Assembly: GCA_963772725.1 (NCBI GenBank)
Contig: CAVYYI010000004.1
Coordinates: 32,001-96,000, forward strand
DNA length: 64,000 bases
Direction: 5' to 3'
Source: an uncultured Phycisphaerales bacterium
Lineage (GTDB): Bacteria > Planctomycetota > Phycisphaerae > Sedimentisphaerales > Anaerobacaceae
Part shown: in pieces, positions 1 through 9,878 of the stretch
Layout of the letters: each line of letters starts with the position of its first letter
Numbering within the stretch: the first letter of the stretch is position 1
Notes under the pieces: model-generated
Seen by the model: only the letters and a program-made list of their open reading frames with translations
Databases searched by the model: none
What the model was told of the DNA's origin: nothing
Position numbers and translations under genes: made by a program

Positions 1-1588
1 TGAAGCTGTATCGAATTTTTTGATTTGGGCTGACATATTCCATGATATTGGCTTTTTCACCTCCATATAGGGTACATTCCTTAATTGTTATAGGATAACC
101 ATAAATAAATTCTTTTGCGGTCAATATTCCGGAACCATAACTATAATCGTCAGACGGAGTTGTCCTGATAAATTCTCCATTGAGTGGAGGGTCTATCGGC
201 TTTAATCTGCGTAAAAAGCCCCAATTTGCTTCTACATCAAGAGGATTTGAATGGTCGTAGAAATAACTGCCGCTGGTATTCTCAATAACATTTTGTAACT
301 CTTTGGGGTATTTTTTGTATGCAAGTTCTAAAAGCCTATCGTATATATTATCTTCAATTTTTGAACATACCACCCGTGTTGAAGCCTTAACCCCATTAGT
401 CTGGTTTAGCAGTTTTTCCACATGCAAAGGACTGATTGTCTCAGCTATCGCTGCAATTACTTGAGGAAGATGGGCTATTACCTTTTCCTTTGATGCAAAT
501 ATGGAATTCCAATCCAAAAAATAAATCATAATACTTCGATAATTATATTGTTTTACCTGTGATAACTCCTGGGCAGGTATATCCTCTTTCTCAATAACAA
601 TCGTCCTGCCTTCGGAAAACCAAAAAGCCGTATGTGTTACATCAGGCATCGATGGCTGTTCAAGATAAGGGAACTCCATCTTTGTCTTCCGGCTTATGTC
701 AAACATCCACTTCCCGCAAATGATTTTACCATTATCAGGCGACCAGAATAACTTCTTGCCATATAGAAAGGTTTCACCATCTTTTGATTGCTGATAAATT
801 CGCTTTTTCTCCAACGTTTTGGCGGTAACCACATCTATAAAACAATTTCCGTCCTTTTCACGCCCCAAACACGCTATATATTGTCCATCTGGAGATAGAG
901 AATAATGTTCCGCTGAACACACTTCTTTGATTATTTTATCTGATATTTTCATATAAAAAAGTTTTTGGTCCAATGTAAAGTATATATACTTAGAGTCTAA
1001 AGAAAAGATAGAGTTTGCGGGTTTTATCCATGCCGACTTTTCCGGTAGATTGATAATATTATAAAATTTTTCCTTTTCAATATCATACAAGGCAATCCCT
1101 TTATTAATGTCGAATGCCAGAATCCTTTCATCCGATGTCCAGGAGGGTAATCCGTTATATTTAATATCAATTTTTAAATGCTTCAAATAGGTTCCATCAG
1201 CATTCATTAGCCATAATTCACCATCATTTTTAATGAAAAGGATTGAATTATCTTTAGTGCTAAAAATAGGATTTCTCTTAAAGCCCTCTCCCAAAGTCAA
1301 CTGCTTTTGTTGGCTCCCATCGGACTTCATAATCCATATTTGGGATCTCGGTTTGTATAAATCATTCTGTTGTTCACTTGACTCATCTAATTTGGCAAAC
1401 ACTAATTTTTGTTCATCGCAGGAAAGAGATGGATTCCATGCCTTATCCACAAGTGTTCTATTTTGAATACGAACCGCTTGTGGTGGAATATCTATCAATG
1501 GTTCGTCAGCTAATAATCCGCATGAAAAGCTTAAAATAAAGGCAGAAAATAACATTATCAATTTGTTAGTATTTTTCCTAGTTTTCAT
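1..1588 (-). CDS. TolB-like / PD40 beta-propeller secreted protein (runs off window start)
   Basis: Translated by hand because it is missing from the ORF track. MKTRKNTNKLIMLFSAFILSFSCGLLA signal peptide, then repeats such as 'SQIWIMKSDGSQQKQLT', 'ELWLMNADGT', 'SLSPDGQYIA' and 'WSPDNGKI'. The frame appears open to position 1. Confidence 0.75.
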   Translation of the reverse strand, partial: MKTRKNTNKLIMLFSAFILSFSCGLLADEPLIDIPPQAVRIQNRTLVDKAWNPSLSCDEQKLVFAKLDESSEQQNDLYKPRSQIWIMKSDGSQQKQLTLGEGFKRNPIFSTKDNSILFIKNDGELWLMNADGTYLKHLKIDIKYNGLPSWTSDERILAFDINKGIALYDIEKEKFYNIINLPEKSAWIKPANSIFSLDSKYIYFTLDQKLFYMKISDKIIKEVCSAEHYSLSPDGQYIACLGREKDGNCFIDVVTAKTLEKKRIYQQSKDGETFLYGKKLFWSPDNGKIICGKWMFDISRKTKMEFPYLEQPSMPDVTHTAFWFSEGRTIVIEKEDIPAQELSQVKQYNYRSIMIYFLDWNSIFASKEKVIAHLPQVIAAIAETISPLHVEKLLNQTNGVKASTRVVCSKIEDNIYDRLLELAYKKYPKELQNVIENTSGSYFYDHSNPLDVEANWGFLRRLKPIDPPLNGEFIRTTPSDDYSYGSGILTAKEFIYGYPITIKECTLYGGEKANIMEYVSPNQKIRYSF

Positions 1589-1728
1589 TTTTCCGCTCTT
1601 TTATATAGGTTGTATATTCTTATTCTCAGGTTTTCCAGTAAGATTTGCAAGTAAAAGTTTTGTAAAAAGTTTGTAAAAAAAGTCCTGGGAAATTCGTCGC
1701 CGTGCCGGCACCGCTAAACGTGATAAAC

Positions 1729-1758
1729 AACCCGCCGAATGAATCGGCGGGCTAACTA
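1729..1758. repeat. Palindromic hairpin aacccgccgaatgaatcggcgggctaacta (terminator or REP-like) downstream of the ftsQ-like gene
   Basis: cccgccga / tcggcggg stem; similar flanks recur at 7547-7599. Confidence 0.6.
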
Positions 1759-1784
1759 TTATGTGTTATGGTGAAAAGTATGAA

Positions 1785-2711
1785 TTAATATTTGTCAATT
1801 GGCTGGATTACTCTGTCCTGCTGGTCGCGAAGGCTGATGAATTTCGCGCCGCTGAGAAGCGAGCCGATCTCTTTGTAATATGAATACAGTCTGGCGAGCT
1901 TTTCCTTATCGGGTGCTTCGAGATATCGCTGCCACATGCCGCATTCAGCCCCCCAGATAACCTCGGTTTCGTTGGTTGTGTAAAGGACAATGTGGGGGAG
2001 ACGATTGCTCTGGCGCCCATTAAAATTAGTTACGTCAATTCTCTGAATTTCACAAAGCAAAGGCTTATCAGGCGTTACGGCTGCGTCCATCTGGTCGAGT
2101 TTCGCTATTATCTCCACCGCCGCCTTTATATCCTCAATTTGAATAACCTTACCGGGGGCAGGCGGTTTAGCGATATCGCAAAATCCCGTAACCTCGACTA
2201 TTGGTATATTGCTCACCGGCACATAATCGAGAGCAACCATATCCGAATCGACGTAAAATTCACACAAATTTGATTTAACCAAAACTATAGGCTTACGCCA
2301 TTTCGCGGTTATTTTCAGCCGGTCATTTGTTGTCTGAACTTTTATGTTATCCAGCCACGCAATATACTTTTCGAGGTTCTGCTGCACGGAAATGGCGGCG
2401 TTTTCGTCAAGTTTCAGGTTCTCGCCATTTGCCTTGGAAGCATCGTAAATTTTTTGTTTAAGTTCTTCAGTAAGCCATTTTGGCGCAGACTCTAATTCGA
2501 GCATTCCAATCTGCTCTGAAACTGGGACAACTTTACGCACATAGCGATTTAGATATACAAAGCCGACCCCGATACCGACGAACACACATACAACCGCGAA
2601 CACCTTGAGTACGTTGAGCCAGTTGACACTTGTCACGCTGCGGCTTGTTTTCCTGAACGAGTCGCCAAGCTTGAAAAATACTCTATTGCCATTTGTTTTA
2701 TTTTTTGCCAT
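1785..2711 (-). CDS. ftsQ: FtsQ/DivIB-like cell division protein
   Basis: Lies directly after murC-murB-ddl, the usual dcw position. Short basic cytoplasmic N-terminus, one TM helix, then a POTRA-like/periplasmic region ('WLDNIKVQ..RLKITAKWRKPIVLV'). Confidence 0.6.
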   Translation of the reverse strand: MAKNKTNGNRVFFKLGDSFRKTSRSVTSVNWLNVLKVFAVVCVFVGIGVGFVYLNRYVRKVVPVSEQIGMLELESAPKWLTEELKQKIYDASKANGENLKLDENAAISVQQNLEKYIAWLDNIKVQTTNDRLKITAKWRKPIVLVKSNLCEFYVDSDMVALDYVPVSNIPIVEVTGFCDIAKPPAPGKVIQIEDIKAAVEIIAKLDQMDAAVTPDKPLLCEIQRIDVTNFNGRQSNRLPHIVLYTTNETEVIWGAECGMWQRYLEAPDKEKLARLYSYYKEIGSLLSGAKFISLRDQQDRVIQPIDKY

Positions 2712-2716
2712 TTGAG

Positions 2717-3676
2717 TTAATTAGCGGCCTTAAGGGAGGCTCTTTGACGTTTCTTGTCCTCGAATGTCTGAATAATAATTTTAGCGCATAAATCACTCAT
2801 TGAAAGTCCTGTTTCCGCAGCCGCTTTTGGCAGCAGCGAATGATTCGTAAATCCCGGCAGCGTATTCGCCTCAAGCGCAAATACCTCACCGCAGTTATCA
2901 ATTATAAAATCGATTCTCGCGAAACCGCGGCATCCGATAGCGTTAAAACACTGCTGCGCCGCCTGCTTAATTTTCTTTTCCAATTCATCATCATTAATTG
3001 TGCCGAAGAGAAATTCTGTTCGGTCATCAATGTACTTGGCGTGATAATCGTAAAATTCCTCTTTGGGTCTGATTTCAATTATCGGCAGGGCCTGGCCGAA
3101 AAGGATACCTACGGTTATTTCACGGCCCTCTATAAACTGTTCAATCATACAGTCGCCGAACTCCGTGAGGCATTTTTTCGCCGCAGGCATGACTTTATGA
3201 TAATCCTTTACAATCTCCACACCGACACTGCTGCCCTGCTCTATGGGCTTTATAACAAACCTGTCCGAAAAACGGCGCAGTTTATTTTCAAGCGTTTTAA
3301 AATCCATTTTGTTATTGAATTCAATCGCCTGCGGCACCGCCACACTGGCATCGGCAAACGCCTTTTTGCTCAGCATCTTGTTGAAGCCAAGCCTGCTCGC
3401 CTCCGGGCCGCTGCCTGTATAAACCAGCCCCTTATCTTCGAGAATCCGCTGAAGCTGGCCGTCCTCACCGAATTTGCCGTGCAGCGCCAGGAAGAACACA
3501 TCGATACCCGGCTCATCGAGTATCCGCATATTATCAGGCGTAATATCGAACAGTACGACATCAAAACCGGCATCTTTCAACGCTGCGTAAACACTCTTTC
3601 CGCTTTGGATGCTTACCTTGCGTTCCTGACCGATGCCTCCGTAAAGAACGGCTGTCTTTAGCTTGCTGATTTTCAT
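2717..3676 (-). CDS. ddl: D-alanine--D-alanine ligase
   Basis: GGIGQERKVSIQSG, ALHGKFGEDG, GSSVGV and EANTLPGFT motifs. Confidence 0.95.
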   Translation of the reverse strand: MKISKLKTAVLYGGIGQERKVSIQSGKSVYAALKDAGFDVVLFDITPDNMRILDEPGIDVFFLALHGKFGEDGQLQRILEDKGLVYTGSGPEASRLGFNKMLSKKAFADASVAVPQAIEFNNKMDFKTLENKLRRFSDRFVIKPIEQGSSVGVEIVKDYHKVMPAAKKCLTEFGDCMIEQFIEGREITVGILFGQALPIIEIRPKEEFYDYHAKYIDDRTEFLFGTINDDELEKKIKQAAQQCFNAIGCRGFARIDFIIDNCGEVFALEANTLPGFTNHSLLPKAAAETGLSMSDLCAKIIIQTFEDKKRQRASLKAAN

Positions 3677-3734
3677 CTTATTTAACGCTATCTAAAAATC
3701 CCGATTAAAGGATTATATGACGAATGCTAATTAT

Positions 3735-4622
3735 CTATTTCCAGATTTCAATCTCAAGTTCGAGATTGATATCAAATTTGTCTTTTACTTTTTCTTTCAC
3801 AACGTCTATCAGCTTCATAACATCGCTGCTGGTACATCCCTTTTCAGCTACGATGAAATTCGCGTGCTTCTCGCTTACTACCGCGCCGCCGATGCGTGTT
3901 CCTTTGAGTCCAGCGCGGTCAATCAATGCTCCCGCAGCCATTCCTTGCGGATTTTTGAACACGCACCCGGAATTTTTTGTGTTCAGCGGCTGATTGTTCT
4001 TCTTATACACCCAGATTTCCTTTACCGAACGCATTATTTCTTCGGGGTCTCCGGAATTTAATTTTATCCTGCGCACCAGAATAAAAGGCGCCGCGATATT
4101 TGTGCTGCGATAATCGAATACAAGCTCCGGTTTGTGCTTCTCTGTTAATTTTCCGTGACTATCCATCAGCTTTACACTTTCCACCGCTGAACCAATGTCC
4201 CCGAAGCTGCCTCCGGCGTTCATTCGCACGGCTCCGCCGATAGAACCCGGTATGCCGGTCAGGGCTTCGAGTCCGGATAGCCCTTTTTTCACACAGTTGA
4301 GAATCAGTTTGCCAAGGTCAGCACCTGCGCCGGCGGTTAATTGCTCGCCGTTGAATTCCACAGCGGAAAACTGCTCGGATTCGAGCTTTATTACCGCGCC
4401 GCGAACGCCGTCGTCGCTTACAAGAAGATTCGACCCGAAGCCAAGCACACGCATCGGTACGGCGTTTTCATTACACCGCCGAACAACTTCCTGAAGTTGC
4501 TCAACCGTCTGCGGAGTAATAAAATAATCCGCGTTGCCGCCCAGTCCGTACCACGTGGCATTGGCCAGCCGAAAATTCGTTTTAACGATTTGTTCTAAGC
4601 CACTGAATATACTCATCTGCAA
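3735..4622 (-). CDS. murB: UDP-N-acetylenolpyruvoylglucosamine reductase
   Basis: LGFGSNLLVSD, GIPGSIGGAVRMNAG, SGCVFKNP and KHANFIV motifs. Confidence 0.95.
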   Translation of the reverse strand: MQMSIFSGLEQIVKTNFRLANATWYGLGGNADYFITPQTVEQLQEVVRRCNENAVPMRVLGFGSNLLVSDDGVRGAVIKLESEQFSAVEFNGEQLTAGAGADLGKLILNCVKKGLSGLEALTGIPGSIGGAVRMNAGGSFGDIGSAVESVKLMDSHGKLTEKHKPELVFDYRSTNIAAPFILVRRIKLNSGDPEEIMRSVKEIWVYKKNNQPLNTKNSGCVFKNPQGMAAGALIDRAGLKGTRIGGAVVSEKHANFIVAEKGCTSSDVMKLIDVVKEKVKDKFDINLELEIEIWK

Positions 4623-6051
4623 CCTTCCAGATATCCCCGGCTCCCATTGTTACAACCAAATCGCCGGTCGCCAGGTTCTTCTTTAGATAATCGACAATTC
4701 CTTCAAAACTGTTGATAAATATTGCCTCAGACCCTTTTGCCCTGATTCGCTGAACCAGTATTTCGGCATTAACTTCCATCTTCATGGCCTGTGTATCACG
4801 TACAAAATAAATCTCCGGCACTATTGTTATATCGGCAAGCTTAAAGCTTTCCGCAAAATCATCAAGTAAAAACCTTGTTCTGCTGTACTGATGTGGCTGA
4901 AATATGCATAAAAGCCGCTTCGGCTCATATTTCCCGCGTATCGCCTGCAGCGACGCCCTGATTTCCGTGGGGTGATGAGCGTAATCATCGAGGATGGTAA
5001 TCCCATCTATCTTTTCCTTGAACATAACCCTGCGGTCCATACCGGTAAAGCCGCCGAGCAGTTCGAGCGTTAAATGAGGCGATAGCCCCGCGTAAGTCGC
5101 CATCGCCGTAACCGCCAGGGCATTTAATACGTTATGTTCGCCCGCCAGTGAAATCCTCGTCGAACCGAGCAGGGCTTTATTGTGATAAACATCGAACGAA
5201 TAACATCCGTTGACCGCCCGCAGATTCTGTGCCGAGAAATTGCAGTTCTTATCCAATCCGAAGGTTTCATACCGCAAACTTCCGGGCAACCTCGCGATGA
5301 GCTTTGTGCTGTTCGCATCCTGACCATTTATAATCAGTACACCGCTGGGTTGTATGCCCATAGCGAAATCGTAAAAAGCGTCAACGATTTCCGCTTCGTC
5401 CCTATAATAATCCAGGTGGTCCTGCTCAATATTCAGGATACAGCCGATTTTGGGCTTTAGATTGAGAAAACTCCTGTCATATTCGCACGCCTCGGCCACG
5501 AAATATTTGCCGTTGCCCACGCCGGAAGAACTATCCAACTGGTTGAGCTTTGCGCCGATAATGAAACTCGGCTCAAGCCCGGCCTGCTGCATACAATATG
5601 TCAGCCAGCCGCTGGTTGTGCTTTTGCCGTGTGTGCCGCTGACGGCGATGCCCTCATATCGCTCCATCGCTTTTCCGAGCATCTGAGCGTATTTATAAAT
5701 TTTGCACCCTCTCGTGCGGGCCAGCATCAGTTCGGGGTTGTCCTCTTTAACCGCCGCCGAAATCACCACCGTATCTGTCCCGTCTGGCAGATTATCTGCG
5801 TTATGCCCGATTCTGATGGCTGCCCCTTTTTCATTGAGTGTTTCAGTTACGGGGCTGCCGGTCTGGTCTGAGCCGCTGACGATAGCCTGATGTTTCATAA
5901 GAATCTGTGCCAAGCCGCTCATTCCGATACCGCCCACGCCGATGAAGTGAAATTTTTTACCTTCCACGCTGCCGACTCCGTTCAATCTTACCGGCCTGTG
6001 ACGCTGTAAACTCTGCGCCGCACGCCGGCTTTCTATACTTAGCTTTGGCAT
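4582..6051 (-). CDS. murC: UDP-N-acetylmuramate--L-alanine ligase
   Basis: HFIGVGGIGMSGLA, GTHGKSTT, EACEYDRSFL, DDYAHHPTE and MGAGD motifs. Confidence 0.95.
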   Translation of the reverse strand: MPKLSIESRRAAQSLQRHRPVRLNGVGSVEGKKFHFIGVGGIGMSGLAQILMKHQAIVSGSDQTGSPVTETLNEKGAAIRIGHNADNLPDGTDTVVISAAVKEDNPELMLARTRGCKIYKYAQMLGKAMERYEGIAVSGTHGKSTTSGWLTYCMQQAGLEPSFIIGAKLNQLDSSSGVGNGKYFVAEACEYDRSFLNLKPKIGCILNIEQDHLDYYRDEAEIVDAFYDFAMGIQPSGVLIINGQDANSTKLIARLPGSLRYETFGLDKNCNFSAQNLRAVNGCYSFDVYHNKALLGSTRISLAGEHNVLNALAVTAMATYAGLSPHLTLELLGGFTGMDRRVMFKEKIDGITILDDYAHHPTEIRASLQAIRGKYEPKRLLCIFQPHQYSRTRFLLDDFAESFKLADITIVPEIYFVRDTQAMKMEVNAEILVQRIRAKGSEAIFINSFEGIVDYLKKNLATGDLVVTMGAGDIWKVADEYIQWLRTNR

Positions 6052-6192
6052 AAATCTTAATAATCCTTTATTCTGCTGCTTATCTATTATTACACGCTTA
6101 GCCAGTTTAACACAAAATCCAGCTAAGCAAAAGAAAATTTTGCCCCGATTTGCCTATGTTTAGCACTCATCTTTCTCATTAACACGCAATCA

Positions 6193-7204
6193 TCAAATTA
6201 TCCTAAGTACGGCGGCAGCCCGCAATTTACCGTCTTTGAGCATCAGCAGGGAATCGTTCGCGTCGGCAAGAGCAAATTCCTCAAATACAGGCTTGATGCC
6301 AGCCTTAGCGGCGAGGGGCAAAAATTCCTCCGCGTCCTGTCGGGTAACATTTGCCACACTTTTTATTTCTTTCTCATGCCAAAGATATTTCGCGTAGTCC
6401 ATCTGCGGGATAAGCGTACTCTTCCGGGTGGCATTGATTACAAGTCTTCCGCCCGGACGAAGATTCTGCATCGCAAAGGGGATAACTTCTCCTGCTGGGG
6501 TAGTATCTATGGCGCAATCATATTTTTCCGGCGGCGATACATCTTCAAGACCGGCCCAATCCTGCGCCAAGTTTTATCGCAAGCTTGCGGTGATGTTCTC
6601 CTCTTGTAACCACGAAAACTTTTGAATTTGGGAATTTATATTGGACAATCTGTATTACCAGATGCGCGGAATCGCCGAAACCTATAAGGCACAAGCTTTG
6701 GCCATCGGTTAACCCTGTAAGCCTTAAAGAGCGATAGCCGATAACTCCTGCGCATAAAAGCGGAGCCGCCTGGGCATCGCTGAATTTCTCAGGAATAGGA
6801 TACGCAAAATCAGCGGATATAGCCATATATTCTGCATATCCGCCGTTAGCGTCAAGGCCTGTCCATTTGGCCTTTTCGCATAGATTTTCTCTTCCGTTTT
6901 TGCAAAAGTCACACACTCCGCAGCTCAAATAAATCCACGCTACGCCGACCCTGTCACCCGGCGAAAACTTTTTAACATTCTTCCCGCATTGTGCCACCTG
7001 ACCCACAATCTGATGACCCAATATAATGGGCAATCTCGGCGGCTTGAGCCTGTCTTCTATTTCGTCGAGGTCCGTATGGCATTGTCCGCAGGCTTTTATT
7101 TTTATCAGTATCTGGTCATCTGCCGCTTTGGGCATCTCAACATCCCGAAGCTTTAAGGGCTTGTCCTCCATCTTCGCAGTATGTTCCAATACCATCGCTT
7201 TCAT
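6193..7204 (-). CDS. Zinc-binding alcohol dehydrogenase family protein (one frameshift near 6555)
   Basis: ORFs 6545-7255 (CGQCHTDLD, GHQIVG, CGVCDFC..C) and 6193-6570 join into one MDR/ADH; likely start MKAMVLE at 7204. Confidence 0.85.
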
Positions 7205-7209
7205 ATTCT

Positions 7210-7533
7210 TTACCGAACGATTATTTTCATTTTTTTTAATCGCAGGCGCGGACACTCCTTCTGTAGTTTTTTAAGGAGTTCACAGCTGCATAGCTGCATC
7301 TCATAGACATAAGACGATGAATCTGCTTCAACTGTAAGTTGGCCATTTAAAATATCCACAATCTTGCAATGCCGCGAGAGTTCCGCAGGTAATATTTTAT
7401 TCCATTGCTGGAGCAAAGAATCATACTTGCCGCGCTTCGGGAGGATATGAGTATTCATAATCTCGCTGACAATCTCGCCGAGTGAGGCGGGCTGTGCTGG
7501 TTCTCTCTTTTGGTTTTTATCTGCGCTGTTCAC
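7210..7533 (-). CDS. dciA: DUF721 / DciA-like protein
   Basis: 'SLGEIVSEIM...QQWNKILPAELSRHCKIVDILNGQLTVEADSS...ELLKKL' pattern, located downstream of dnaN. Confidence 0.7.
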   Translation of the reverse strand: MNSADKNQKREPAQPASLGEIVSEIMNTHILPKRGKYDSLLQQWNKILPAELSRHCKIVDILNGQLTVEADSSSYVYEMQLCSCELLKKLQKECPRLRLKKMKIIVR

Positions 7534-7546
7534 TTTTCCAAGTAAT

Positions 7547-7599
7547 AACCCCGCGGATAAACCCTTCGATAAACTCAGGGCAGGTCGCGGGGCTAACTA
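7547..7599. repeat. Nested REP-like palindromes
   Basis: aaccccgcg...cgcggggctaacta stem enclosing a cccttcgataaactcaggg unit. Confidence 0.5.
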
Positions 7600-7631
7600 T
7601 ACCCTAAACCTTATGTCCTAAAACCTGTTTC

Positions 7632-8745
7632 TCAGCCAAGATTGATGGGCATCAGAACGTAAAGAAAATCTTTCCCGCTTTTTAACAGGCCGGGCCTGTC
7701 GGATTGTCCAAGCTCAAGTTCAAATTCCGGTGTTTTGATTACACGCAGGGCGTCAACCACAAATTGAGGATTGAAGCCTATTTCGATGGGTTCGCCCTTA
7801 TAATCTATGGCCATCTCAATCTGTGCGTCGCCTGTCTCCGGGGCCTTGCAGGAGAACACCAGTTTCTTTTTGCCAATCGCGAATTTAATTCCCCTGGATT
7901 CCTCATTTACCAGCAGGGCCGAACGCCGTACGGCACTGAGAGTCGCCTCGGTAGGCAGAACAAGCTTTTTGTCGTAATCGGTGGGAATGATGTCCTCATA
8001 TTTCGGGGAAGCTGCCTTCGACCAGGTTTGAGCTGATGACCACGTTCGCGCATCGCATCAATATCTGATTATCGACGAGTTTAACTGAAACTGTATCTTT
8101 CTCCTTGTCGCTGCTGCCGATTTTGCTCAAAAGCGCCATGGCTTTCGCGGGGACTATTATCTTGGCTGACGCGATATGCTCGCTTGGCGCAGCGTTTAAG
8201 TCCACCTTTGTTTTCACCAGCCTTCTGCCGTCGGTGGCGACTAAAAAGAGTTTTTTACCCTTGATTTCCCATAATACGCCGTTCAGCGCGTAGCGGGTAC
8301 TTTCTTTTGCTGTCGCGAAGAGGCACTGCTCAATTCCTGTCTGGAGATTTTGCAGGCCGACCTCTATATCAGCACTGCCGTCAAACCATGGGACTATCGG
8401 GAACTGTTCAGCCTGCTGGCCGTAAATTGTGAAATGGCTGTCCGCCCCCTTAATTTCGCACGTGCCTTCTTTGGCCTGCATAGAAAGCACATCATCCAGG
8501 CTCTCCCGGGCGATAGCCGCCAATCTGTCCGCCGGCACAATAACCTCACCAGCCTCTTCTACCTGAACCTCCGCAAGCGTATAGCAGATGCCAGCCTCAA
8601 GGTCTGTACCGCAAATCCGCACATCTTTTTCGCCTGCCTTGATATGCACACACCGCAAAATAGGTTTAGGTGTTCTGCCTGGCACGACCGACGTTACTAA
8701 ATTCAATGCTCCGCAAAGCGCTTCCCTGTTAAAGTTCACTTTCAT
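7632..8745 (-). CDS. dnaN: DNA polymerase III beta clamp (two apparent frameshifts, near 8000 and 7870)
   Basis: 'GTDLE', 'ESTRYALNGV', 'VATDGRRL', 'EGSFP', 'IGFNPQF' and C-terminal 'YVLMPI' across ORFs 7996-8745 and 7632-7859. Confidence 0.92.
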
Positions 8746-8855
8746 CTGCGTTCTCCTAAGTTTTCTCCTGCTCTATTTGAGGATAGAGTTTAACAGCGGA
8801 AGTGATGTTCTTCAACTCTTTTTTATAAAAAAACGTTCTTTTTATGGAAAAACAA

Positions 8856-8891
8856 AAGCCTGACCGACCAAACATTTGGTCCGCCAGGCTT
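8856..8891 (-). terminator. Rho-independent terminator
   Basis: aagcctg...caggctt stem followed by a T-rich tract on the minus strand, just after the 8923-9316 gene. Confidence 0.6.
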
Positions 8892-8922
8892 GATTTAACA
8901 TACAATTGTAGTGCGGCTGTTT

Positions 8923-9316
8923 TTATTCTGTTTTAGCAGGGGGTGTTCTCGTTCTGCCGCCGTAACCTGCACCAGGTCTCATGCTGGGATTAGCCAGTCT
9001 TTCCTTAAACGCCTTTTCTTCCTGGGCAATATACTTATCTAAGGCAGCCACCGTTTTAGTGGCTTTTTCCTCTTCGGCTATTGCGAATTTCTTTCAACGG
9101 AGCAAGTCGTTTCTCAAGCATCTGTTTGGCCATTTCTTCTCTATTGGCTGGCGCCGTTCTTTTTGCCATGCTGTTGCTGTCATTGGCATCATGCAGTCTC
9201 GCTTTTTTAACGGCTGTATCTTTTGCTGTTCCCTTGGCCTTCGGCGCGGCAACGCACACCGTTGTCATCACCAAAGCCGCAACAATTCCAATTACCATCA
9301 ACTTCTTCATTTTCAT
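8923..9316 (-). CDS. Secreted hypothetical helical protein (frameshift near 9085)
   Basis: Signal peptide MKMKKLMVIGIVAALVMTTVCVA with ggaga SD; continues in another frame as 'AIAEEEKATKTVAALDKYIAQEEK..TE*'. Confidence 0.6.
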
Positions 9317-9878
9317 ATCTCCAAAAAATTTTACTTTCACACCATGTGAATTTAGATACAATTATAGACGTATCAGGCACACGATTTATTTCAAACGCCT
9401 GAAAATTAAAAACCCCATTAATTATAGGTTAGTATTATTATAATATTCAATAAAAAAATAGTATTAGTAGTAATATAGCCTGTCAGATTGTGAAATTATG
9501 AATATTATTTTTTATAACATATTACAATATAAGGGGTTATAGAAAATACCCAGCATTTTTTTGTAGTGGATAACCGGTTAAATTCAACGAGTTTTCTTAT
9601 GTCGTATCGATTGCAAAGCTTTCGGGCCAGCCAGGGCTGTTGAGTATTAATACAAATTAACAGGGCAATTAACAAGTCTTCCACAACGGCAGGGTCTTAT
9701 AAATAACCCCAAAAAACGATTATAAAGACATTAAGGAGTATAGCGATAGTCGAAAAATGCTTATGTCTGTACAGGAAAAAAATTAAGCCCTGCCGAAAAA
9801 TCGCCGAAGTAATCCAAATGTATAAAAATATGGGGTTTTTCATTAAATTTAACCAAAAATCTGTGCAGCAGGGGTGTT

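Noticed and set aside
2840..3661. 273-aa plus-strand ORF and similar antisense ORFs throughout the track
   Set aside because: Shadow frames of well-supported genes on the opposite strand
7632..8745. Programmed frameshifting or true pseudogenisation of dnaN and other host genes
   Set aside because: dnaN is essential and indels are scattered over many unrelated genes, so sequencing error is more parsimonious
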